Shown: positions 38,087 through 45,562 of the stretch, in pieces
Numbering within the stretch: the stretch's first letter is position 1
Layout of the letters: every line of letters begins with the position of its first letter
Virus record (IMG/VR): IMGVR_UViG_3300045996_003052
Span: 1-64,000 of that record
DNA from: a virus
Length of the DNA: 64,000 nt
Reading direction: 5' to 3' (one strand)
Made by a program: the position numbers and the translations under genes
Notes under the pieces: generated by a model
The model's database searches: none
What the model was told of the DNA's origin: nothing
What the model saw: the letters and a program-made list of their open reading frames with translations, nothing else

Positions 38087-38421
38087 CGAAAAAAGAAATC
38101 ATAAATCGAGTTCAAGAAATATTACACGGCATAGACAAAGATGAGGTGGAAGAACCAGACGGGTGGTGGGAGACAGGCGCTGGGGCTGAATTTGGCAAGG
38201 AACGCCTTAACTTGATAATAGAACTTCTTCAACGTGAATTACCATGACTAAAATCATTAAACAGATAAGGGCTTACGAGGACGAAACTGTCGTAATTGTC
38301 TGGACGCTTAACGACAGGAGCGTATACGAACAGACGGTAACCCCTCCGCCTAAACCGACGAGGGAAGCGCGCGTCGCGAAGGAGGACTTACCAGATCCTC
38401 GACCGATTAACCCAGGTTGGT

Positions 38422-38481
38422 AACTTTATGTTGCGAACGGGACAATAAAGTATTTACAAAATAAATTTTTTATTGTAAAAT
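38422..38481 (+). promoter_or_regulatory. Promoter with upstream dyad
   Basis: ACTTTA...TAAAGT dyad, then TTTACA-N17-TAAAAT. Confidence 0.6.
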
Positions 38482-38529
38482 TATCCTAATGTAAAAATAA
38501 TTTTTACATTTTTATATTAGGAGGACAGA

Positions 38530-38844
38530 ATGGCTGATCAAGGGTTTGAGGTCGTACAGCGGCCACGTGGCGGAGGAAACGTACCAGACGCGCTGATGAA
38601 GGCACTAATCGAGACGGTAAATACCGACAAGGCGGTACGTGTCAAGCTAGACGGACACGCGGCGTTCACGAACTGGCAGGCGACGATTCGCGCGCGATTG
38701 CGCACAGATCACCAGCTGCGGTTGCGGACGAAGTTCAACAAGGCGAACAACGTGGTCACAGCGTGGGTTGAGAAGTTCGACCCCCGGGAAACGGGAGAGG
38801 GCATGACAGATGAGGACCTTGGCGTATCCGAAGATAAGTCCTAA
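38530..38844 (+). CDS. Hypothetical protein
   Basis: AGGAGG SD. Confidence 0.7.
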   Translation: MADQGFEVVQRPRGGGNVPDALMKALIETVNTDKAVRVKLDGHAAFTNWQATIRARLRTDHQLRLRTKFNKANNVVTAWVEKFDPRETGEGMTDEDLGVSEDKS

Positions 38845-39658
38845 GTTCGATCCGCACGCGCCGAGTCCCAGGATGTTCTGGGAGTTCTGCGCAATTCGGA
38901 TGGACGAGTGGTGGAACCGACACGAGGGGCTAGGGCCGCCGTATACGGCGGACCCAGCCCTCCAACGCTACGTAGGAGATATACCAAATGTCTTTAGGGA
39001 ACTCGACGAGCCGAACATCTACCTCCATAACTGCATCAACGGCCAAGGTACGGGGGTGGCGTTATTTGGGGCCGTGGCCTTTAGACTCACTAATAAAATT
39101 GGTATACATCAAGGTTTTGGCGGGGTCCCACGTCCAGATCAATATCCAGCTTGGCGGGAATATTTCCTTGATGCACGTAGTCGAGGCGTCACAGCTTATA
39201 CGCGAATATTTCAAACTCCAACAACGACGCAGTACCTTGAGACGCTTGGCGAGCTTGCAGAAGGAATGCCTGCCATCGCTGCTCAAATTGATGCGTGTAC
39301 AACGCTCCACGACGCGTACCACGTCATTAACAAGATTAACCGCGTCCGGAATTTCTTCGCGTGGCAAGTCTGCGCGGACATGCTCGAGGCCAAGGCGCTG
39401 AACTACGACGAGAACTCTTGGTGCTACCTCGGGCCGGGACCGCTTCACTGCTTCCACTTGATCTTTGGGCGGCGGTTTTCGCAGAGCGAGGCGCTGGGGA
39501 TCGCTCGCCGAATGCATGAGGTTCAGCACAGGGCCTTGGCGAATACCCTTGTACCTTGGCGGTTACCTCCAGGGTACAAGGAGCTTACGCTAAAGAACAT
39601 CGAGCACGCCGCCTGTGAATATTATAGATGGGTCAAAGCGCACTGGAGGATACTATAA
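38810..39658 (+). CDS. aGPT-Pplase1-like (5-hmdU DNA kinase helical domain family) base-hypermodification protein
   Basis: FW.F...R.......G..PPYT.DP.L..Y....NVFRELD, FR..N, F.AWQV.AD, GPGP, IEH..CEY.RW. Confidence 0.7.
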   Translation: MRTLAYPKISPKFDPHAPSPRMFWEFCAIRMDEWWNRHEGLGPPYTADPALQRYVGDIPNVFRELDEPNIYLHNCINGQGTGVALFGAVAFRLTNKIGIHQGFGGVPRPDQYPAWREYFLDARSRGVTAYTRIFQTPTTTQYLETLGELAEGMPAIAAQIDACTTLHDAYHVINKINRVRNFFAWQVCADMLEAKALNYDENSWCYLGPGPLHCFHLIFGRRFSQSEALGIARRMHEVQHRALANTLVPWRLPPGYKELTLKNIEHAACEYYRWVKAHWRIL

Positions 39659-39659
39659 A

Positions 39660-39917
39660 ATGCAAAATCTTCGGATGAAAGAGTACCTAGAGAACGGAAG
39701 CTGCCTGGACGTTAATGCTGTGGGCGTACCGGTGGAGGGGTTTGAGGGGGTTGCCTGGGAGCTCAAGAAATTCTTGGACGGCTACGACTACTGCGACGCG
39801 AAGAATGAGCGGTGGATGTGGAGCATCGGACAGCGCGTCACTGATAGCCGTATTTTTGCGGCTACAGACACGAGGTTCTACGCGAACCCGATGTTCAAAT
39901 GCCTGTGGTTGCGGTAA
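39660..39917 (+). CDS. Hypothetical protein
   Basis: DYCD....WMWSIG...FKCLWLR; SD upstream. Confidence 0.6.
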   Translation: MQNLRMKEYLENGSCLDVNAVGVPVEGFEGVAWELKKFLDGYDYCDAKNERWMWSIGQRVTDSRIFAATDTRFYANPMFKCLWLR

Positions 39918-40000
39918 GTAAAAAAAGATGAGTCTACGGCGCATTATTTTGTGTACAAGCGGAGGGTAACATGATAGAGTTACCTACATTGAGAGAGGGA

Positions 40001-40603
40001 ATGTTGGTACGCTACCCAAATAATTCCATTTGGTATGTGGACTACATCAGCCCCTCAGGCGCCTACGTCATACCCATCACTGGGTACGAGACGGAGATCG
40101 TCACATCTGCTCGCAAGGGACGAAAGCGAGCAGCTGTAGTGAAATATCCTGCTCCGCAGGTAATTTCACTACACTCCGTACTCGAGGTGCTTGACCCAAC
40201 TTCCTTCAACGTGAAGGACATCATGAGGAGAGTTATGGCGAGAAAAGCAGCAAACGAAGGTGGCGTGGCGGAGATGGATCCGGGAGCAACGGTAGAAGGC
40301 GCGAAGGCGGAGCGGGCGCCACGCACCACGCAGAAGTACGTGCGCACGACAAAAGAAGCCAAGGAGATGCGCGGCCAGGGCCGCGTGGTCCTCGACTTCC
40401 TGAACGCGACGACTGAACCGAAGTCGGTCGCCGAGGTGACCGAAGCGGTCAAGGGCGCGATTGGCGGCAAGCAGGCGCCGGAGCGGGTGGTTGGCTACTA
40501 CCTGACACGCTTCAAGCGCGATGGCCTGGTCAATGTCGTGAAGTCCGACGGCACGTCCACCCCAGGAGCTGGGGTGGAGGGCCTCGAGTCAGTAAACGCG
40601 TAA
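40001..40603 (+). CDS. Winged-helix-like protein, paralog family member 3 (possible internal start 40235)
   Basis: RGQGRVVLD...KQAPERVVGYY...FKRDGLV; behind TGTACA-N17-TAGAGT (39952-39980). Confidence 0.7.
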   Translation: MLVRYPNNSIWYVDYISPSGAYVIPITGYETEIVTSARKGRKRAAVVKYPAPQVISLHSVLEVLDPTSFNVKDIMRRVMARKAANEGGVAEMDPGATVEGAKAERAPRTTQKYVRTTKEAKEMRGQGRVVLDFLNATTEPKSVAEVTEAVKGAIGGKQAPERVVGYYLTRFKRDGLVNVVKSDGTSTPGAGVEGLESVNA

Positions 40604-40627
40604 ATCCCGCACAGGGAGGTACGCAAT

Positions 40628-40656
40628 TCGGGAGGGGGAAACCCCTCCCGATTTTC
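40628..40656 (+). terminator. Intrinsic terminator
   Basis: TCGGGAGGGG-GAAA-CCCCTCCCGA followed by TTTT. Confidence 0.75.
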
Positions 40657-40672
40657 GTTTAAGGAGGACCAC

Positions 40673-40936
40673 GTGGCAAAGTGCTTAAAGTGCGACCAAT
40701 GTGGTCTTGTTTCAGGCGCAACTTTCGACAGCAAGGCGTGGGGGTTTCTCAAGGTAAGTTTTGACGATAACTTTGTTCAAACATATAATGAAAATGGAAC
40801 CCCGTTGGATTTTTGCAGCCTTCGCTGCCTTTCGAATTGGGCTAATTCTAAGGTTGCCCATGAGGAGAACAAAGATGGCGTTAAAGATCAAGTGCTACAA
40901 AGACGCCCGGGGCGAGTTCCGTTGGACGGCGCTTGA
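40673..40936 (+). CDS. Small zinc-finger protein
   Basis: CDQC...DFCSLRC. Confidence 0.55.
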   Translation: MAKCLKCDQCGLVSGATFDSKAWGFLKVSFDDNFVQTYNENGTPLDFCSLRCLSNWANSKVAHEENKDGVKDQVLQRRPGRVPLDGA

Positions 40937-41093
40937 CGGCAACAACAAGGTCATCGCGGACGGGAGCGAAGGGTACAGCACAGAACGTAATTTGGTGTTG
41001 GCGCTCAAGAACACGCTGGCCGAGTTTCGCGAACCCGTGAAATTTGTCGGCTTTCAAATTCCGCTTCAAGCGAAGCGGACACCGGAGCTATGA
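40875..41093 (+). CDS. DUF1508/YegP-like protein
   Basis: YKDARGEFRW...NNKVIADGSEGY. Confidence 0.75.
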   Translation: MALKIKCYKDARGEFRWTALDGNNKVIADGSEGYSTERNLVLALKNTLAEFREPVKFVGFQIPLQAKRTPEL

Positions 41094-41183
41094 CAATGAC
41101 CACAGTCATTGTCATTGCCACGTTTATCGCCGTCTTCCTGGTCGTGTACTTCGTCGGCCGAAGGCTTGCGGGTTAAAAAAAGA

Positions 41184-41212
41184 TGTACATCACGATAATC
41201 TCGTGATATAAT
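41184..41212 (+). promoter_or_regulatory. Promoter with a palindromic spacer
   Basis: TGTACA-TCACGAtaatcTCGTGA-TATAAT. Confidence 0.65.
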
Positions 41213-41247
41213 CTTCTTATGAATCTTAGGCGTTCAGAACCAACAAG

Positions 41248-42528
41248 ATGTTAAACGAACAACCACAGCGAAGTAAGCGTGTCAGGGAAGACCGACGCTT
41301 CGACAAGACGCAGCTCAAGGCCGCTGGACACGGGAGGACTGTGAACCGAGATTACGGATCCCATGCCTTGCGGTGGAACTTTGTTGTTAATGAGGTAAAC
41401 AAGCCTATGGAAGAAGCGTTAGGATTCTGGGCAGCTGGCCTTATTGACGGCGAAGGCTGCTTCGACATCAGGGTCTCTCGAGAAGGTCGAAATTCACTAC
41501 AGTTTATTTTTCAGCTAGGGTTACGAGCTGACGATGAAGAAACTATAGAGCTTTTGCGCAACCTCCTGAAGGTTGGTAAGATTAGCGACCAACAAAACGA
41601 ACGTATTACCAACGCCAAACCGATTAAAATGCTAACGGTTTGTAGTCTTGAAGATTGTCTTGTTCTCAGAGACTTCTTTCTCGACGCGCCGTTGCGTTCT
41701 AAGAAACGTTTCGACTTTGCAGTATGGGCTGAAGCGTTAACAGCCTTTGAAGTCCACAAGAAAACCAATTATCAGCTTACTGACGAGCTGATGTCGAAGA
41801 TGGAAAACTACCAGAAGGAGTTAAGAGAAGGCAGAAAATTTCCATCAACCGCTCTTCCACCCAGGAAAGACTACATTAAGGATACTTTTCTACGTTGGGG
41901 CTGGGCAGCCCGACAAATCAAGCAGGGAGAGTCCATTCTCGACGTAGGTTGTGGGCAAGATCAGCCGCTACTGTACGTTCTCGCTTCACGGAAACAAACC
42001 GTCCCCGACGTGTACGTTGGGGTCGATTTAAACCGGATCGTGAAGAAATCGGCCTGCAGGTGGGCCGACATTTACGACGAGTTCGACTTCGTTAACAACG
42101 GCAGGTGGCTGATCGACAACGAGAAGGGCTACACGCCCTTCGACAAGGCGGTGTGCTTTGAGGTTATTGAACACATGGCTCCCGAAGACGGAATTAAGTT
42201 ATTGGAAACCCTTCACTACTGCCTACGTCAAGGGGGTATTCTCTTCCTATCCACACCCGTGTTTGATGGTTATCGTGCCGCTAACCACATCCATGAGTAC
42301 ACCATCCCAGAACTCAGCGCTACGATTCAAAATTCAGGTTTTCGAGTTCAACGTCGAATTGGTACGTTTGCTTCTAAGCCTGAAATTCGACCGGTCTTAG
42401 ATGAGCACGAGAGGGCTGTCTACGAACGGCTAGAGGAGTGGTTCGGCGGCGACGTCCTGTCGACGATCTTCGCATCCCTCCACCCTGACCAGAGCAGGAA
42501 TAACCTCTGGGTTTGCGAGCGCGTATGA
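41248..42528 (+). CDS. Class I SAM methyltransferase interrupted in-frame by a LAGLIDADG endonuclease domain
   Basis: WAAGLIDGEGCF motif in the insert; ILDVGCG, YVGVD, FEVIEH, LSTP, HIHEY in the methyltransferase. Confidence 0.85.
   Translation: MLNEQPQRSKRVREDRRFDKTQLKAAGHGRTVNRDYGSHALRWNFVVNEVNKPMEEALGFWAAGLIDGEGCFDIRVSREGRNSLQFIFQLGLRADDEETIELLRNLLKVGKISDQQNERITNAKPIKMLTVCSLEDCLVLRDFFLDAPLRSKKRFDFAVWAEALTAFEVHKKTNYQLTDELMSKMENYQKELREGRKFPSTALPPRKDYIKDTFLRWGWAARQIKQGESILDVGCGQDQPLLYVLASRKQTVPDVYVGVDLNRIVKKSACRWADIYDEFDFVNNGRWLIDNEKGYTPFDKAVCFEVIEHMAPEDGIKLLETLHYCLRQGGILFLSTPVFDGYRAANHIHEYTIPELSATIQNSGFRVQRRIGTFASKPEIRPVLDEHERAVYERLEEWFGGDVLSTIFASLHPDQSRNNLWVCERV
41377..41898 (+). mobile_element. 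LAGLIDADG homing endonuclease insertion (522 nt, in frame)
   Basis: Bounded by a duplicated DY..LRW peptide; has its own GAGGT SD and ATG at 41407; AT-richer than the flanks. Confidence 0.65.
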
Positions 42529-42977
42529 GGTTCTGTACACCGCATTGGACAAAGCTGCGTGAGGCTATCGACAGCCGTGGCCTGACACCGTTCATCGCTA
42601 AGGACGGGAAGGTCGCTACAAAGCAGCTCATCAAACAGCTTGAGGACCAAGACGTCACGAAAGCCACGTTCGACCCACTAATGTCGGCGCACTGGGCCAT
42701 TGCGGGAAATACTATGAGCCTAATTGACCAGACTGGCAACAACCCGCTGTACTTGCTGGCGGGTGAAGAGGCGCCGGAAGACCCGGTTAAAGGTTATCCT
42801 GGCTTTGAAAGCCGAACGTGGCCCCGGTGCCCGCTGTGTTACATCAACCTGGCACATGAGGTCTCGTGCACGAACCCTAAGTGTATGCTAGACAAACAGC
42901 ACGGTTACGATTGGATGATCGAACGCGCGGCGGACGACGCACTCGCACGGGCGCGCGAATTTGGACTGATAGCTTAA
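42525..42977 (+). CDS. Hypothetical protein
   Basis: ATGA overlap; MRFCTPHW...FDPLM...CPLC. Confidence 0.65.
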   Translation: MRFCTPHWTKLREAIDSRGLTPFIAKDGKVATKQLIKQLEDQDVTKATFDPLMSAHWAIAGNTMSLIDQTGNNPLYLLAGEEAPEDPVKGYPGFESRTWPRCPLCYINLAHEVSCTNPKCMLDKQHGYDWMIERAADDALARAREFGLIA

Positions 42978-42989
42978 CGGAGGGGATTC

Positions 42990-43190
42990 ATGAATGGAAA
43001 AATCGCGCGGCTCGTCAAGGACAAAGGGTTCGGGTTTATTAAGGCAGGTGGGTCAGACTACTTCTTCCATCGGTCATCGGTCAAAGGCGTCGCCTTTGAG
43101 GACCTGAAGGAAGGTGCTGAGGTAACGTTCGAGGAAGCGGAAGGTGCGAAAGGGCCGCGGGCCGAGGACGTCTACCTCCGGGACAACTAG
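42990..43190 (+). CDS. csp: Cold-shock domain protein
   Basis: KGFGFI (RNP1), YFFHRS (RNP2), KGPRAEDV. Confidence 0.9.
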   Translation: MNGKIARLVKDKGFGFIKAGGSDYFFHRSSVKGVAFEDLKEGAEVTFEEAEGAKGPRAEDVYLRDN

Positions 43191-43194
43191 GGCT

Positions 43195-44124
43195 ATGATT
43201 TGCATTTTGGAGGGACCGGACGGAAGCGGCAAGACCACGCTAGCGAGGCACCTTGAAAAAAACTATAGCTTTCAATACCGACATATGGGGCCGCCAAGCG
43301 GCATACCGCCGCTTCAAGAGTATGGACGCGCTCTTTACGACGCTGCTTGCGGAGGTGGAGACGTCGTCTTCGACCGCCTACACGTTGGCGAGCGGGTTTA
43401 CGGACCAACACTTAGAGGTGTTGATTTACTTGGGCGAGGGGGTGAGGTTCTCATTCACCGTTTGCTCACCGCCTATGGGGCCCGACTTGTCTTCTGCCTT
43501 CCACCGTACAGTGTCGCGTTTGAAAACTGGCTCGAGCGCCACCAAGGTGGCGCCGAACTCATCAAGAAAAGTCAAACCTACGAGCAAGTCTACTACGCGT
43601 ACAAGGCGCTGAGCAACGACTTATTCTATGCCGACTCCGTCTGGTGGGACTATACGCTACAGCCTATGGAGCTCGCGGCAAAGACGTTGTTAACCTTCGA
43701 CGCGAAACGCCCGCGGTGTCCCGAGGGCGTGGTGGGAAGTCCAAACCCACAATTTTTATTCGTGGGGGAACAGGCAAACCAGGAGTACCTAGACATTCCG
43801 TTCTTCGCGCTTGACAACTCCAGCCACTTCCTAAACTCCTGCATCAAAGATGCAGGATTTCAGGAAAGAGACATTGCTCTTGTTAACGCTAAGGCTTTGG
43901 ATGGCGCTAAAGCACCCCTAGGCGCAATTTATATGGCCCTTAGGGAACCGAAAGTTATAGCTCTAGGGTCACATGCATCTCACGCGTTAAAAGCCCAAGG
44001 GGTCACGCACCATAAACTCCCGCATCCAAGTTATTGGAAGCGCTTTCACAGCTCGAGGCCCGACGAGTATGTCCGACAGCTCCGAGAAATTCGTATCAAC
44101 TCCTACCACGTTCAGCGCGCGTGA
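43195..44124 (+). CDS. dNMP/thymidylate kinase fused to a uracil-DNA-glycosylase-like domain
   Basis: LEGPDGSGKTT and FDR; C-domain FLFVGEQ...VIALG...LPHPSYW. Confidence 0.75.
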   Translation: MICILEGPDGSGKTTLARHLEKNYSFQYRHMGPPSGIPPLQEYGRALYDAACGGGDVVFDRLHVGERVYGPTLRGVDLLGRGGEVLIHRLLTAYGARLVFCLPPYSVAFENWLERHQGGAELIKKSQTYEQVYYAYKALSNDLFYADSVWWDYTLQPMELAAKTLLTFDAKRPRCPEGVVGSPNPQFLFVGEQANQEYLDIPFFALDNSSHFLNSCIKDAGFQERDIALVNAKALDGAKAPLGAIYMALREPKVIALGSHASHALKAQGVTHHKLPHPSYWKRFHSSRPDEYVRQLREIRINSYHVQRA

Positions 44125-44968
44125 ATTTCACACGGCCTGGGATGAACTGCTACGTTACCTGTTTTACCATGGCCAGACCGCGAGTCCTCGCGGGCTGACC
44201 ATCAAAGAACAGCTAAACGTCACAATTCATGTCAGAGACGCGTACCGAAACATCCTAGTCAACCCGTCGCGCAATATCGGTTACCGCGCAATGGTGGCCG
44301 AGTGGCTGTGGATTGCCGGCGGTTTCAACGACCTTGAATCGCTGGCCCAGTACAACGCAAACTACCGTAAGTTTAGCGACGACGGTGAGACGTTATACGG
44401 CGCATACGGCCCCAGGATTAGACTGAACTGGGGCGTTGTGCGCGATCAGTTGAATACTGATCGCGACACACGGCAGGCCTACCTGCCAATCTGGGGACCG
44501 GACACCAGGCGCAACACGAAGGACACGCCTTGCACGTTGGGGATGCAATTTCTAATTCGAGGCGGACAACTGCACCTGACGGTAGGGATGCGAAGTTCTG
44601 ACGCGTGGCTAGGCTTACCGAACGATTTCTACGTGTTCTCACAGCTGCAGAACGAGATGGCTGCGGCGTTAACGGTTCCAATAGGCTCACTGACGTTGAA
44701 CCTAGGATCATCGCACCTCTACGAAACTAACTTTAACCTAGTTGAACAGTCGTTCGAACACGAAAGCCGCACAATCAGAACCCCAAGTTTTAGCTATGCT
44801 ATTGAATTTTTGCCTGAACTATATCGACGTTTTCAGACAATGTCGGGTACACAGATGTCGGTTGGAGGAGAAACGATATGGGACCTCTACGCGAAGATCT
44901 TAGTGACCCCCAGTCGGGTGGACGCCTTAGCCTTGTTGAAGAAGATCGAAAAAATGACGGACGACTAG
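44069..44968 (+). CDS. Thymidylate synthase homolog with Asp at the specificity position (dCMP hydroxymethylase/methylase-like)
   Basis: YGPR, DTRQA, DTPCT (catalytic Cys), MRSSDAWLGLPND, SSHLY. Confidence 0.8.
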   Translation: MSDSSEKFVSTPTTFSAREFHTAWDELLRYLFYHGQTASPRGLTIKEQLNVTIHVRDAYRNILVNPSRNIGYRAMVAEWLWIAGGFNDLESLAQYNANYRKFSDDGETLYGAYGPRIRLNWGVVRDQLNTDRDTRQAYLPIWGPDTRRNTKDTPCTLGMQFLIRGGQLHLTVGMRSSDAWLGLPNDFYVFSQLQNEMAAALTVPIGSLTLNLGSSHLYETNFNLVEQSFEHESRTIRTPSFSYAIEFLPELYRRFQTMSGTQMSVGGETIWDLYAKILVTPSRVDALALLKKIEKMTDD

Positions 44969-45387
44969 ACATCCACGAGTACTACCTACAAATGCTCTCC
45001 TTGGTCGCGTCGCGGTCCACCTGCCGACGACGTGCCGTCGCCGCCATCATTACGGACCACAAGGGCATGGTCCTGTCAACCGGCTACAACGGTGTGCCGC
45101 GAGGTATTGCGCACTGCCTCGTGAACCCGTGTCCCGGTGTCAGCGACCGTCCAGGCGACTCATCGCGGTGTGAAGCGGTTCACGCCGAAGTCAACAGCAT
45201 CGTCCAGTGCGCGGACCTTAGCCGCGCGACGATCATGTATGTCTCTTGCACGCCTTGTTTTAGCTGCGCGAAGATGATTCTCAACACGCCGATAAAAGTA
45301 GTTAGGTGCGTAGAGGCGTACGCTGACAGGTCGGGCATTGAGATGCTAAGTCGTGGTGGTATTCAAGTTTTCGTAGGCCGTGGCTAA
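44878..45387 (+). CDS. dCMP deaminase
   Basis: RSTC.RR.V, TGYNG, HAE, PCFSC. Confidence 0.9.
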   Translation: MGPLREDLSDPQSGGRLSLVEEDRKNDGRLDIHEYYLQMLSLVASRSTCRRRAVAAIITDHKGMVLSTGYNGVPRGIAHCLVNPCPGVSDRPGDSSRCEAVHAEVNSIVQCADLSRATIMYVSCTPCFSCAKMILNTPIKVVRCVEAYADRSGIEMLSRGGIQVFVGRG

Positions 45388-45523
45388 GGAAACGGATCTT
45401 GCTTGGGCCGCTGGCTTTTTTGACGGAGAAGGTTGCACTCTGTTTAGAATAACCAAGTACAATGGTCGCTTTCTTTCAGTGCAAATTACGCAAAAATATG
45501 TTTTAAACATCAAATTAATTTAA
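45380..45523 (+). pseudogene. Truncated LAGLIDADG endonuclease remnant
   Basis: Manual translation MAKETDLAWAAGFFDGEGC...; stops after 47 aa. Confidence 0.75.
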
Positions 45524-45562
45524 AACCGAATTGTAAACGTAGACAGATACCGGAATTTTTAA

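Noticed and set aside
41377-41898. Intein or group I intron as carrier of the LAGLIDADG
   Set aside because: No intein terminal residues or Hint blocks; the insert is almost entirely nuclease-coding, leaving no space for a ribozyme core.
44878-44968. Frameshift fusion of the TS homolog and dCMP deaminase at GAAAAAATG
   Set aside because: The deaminase has its own GGAGGAG SD and ATG at 44878, so a simple gene overlap explains it.
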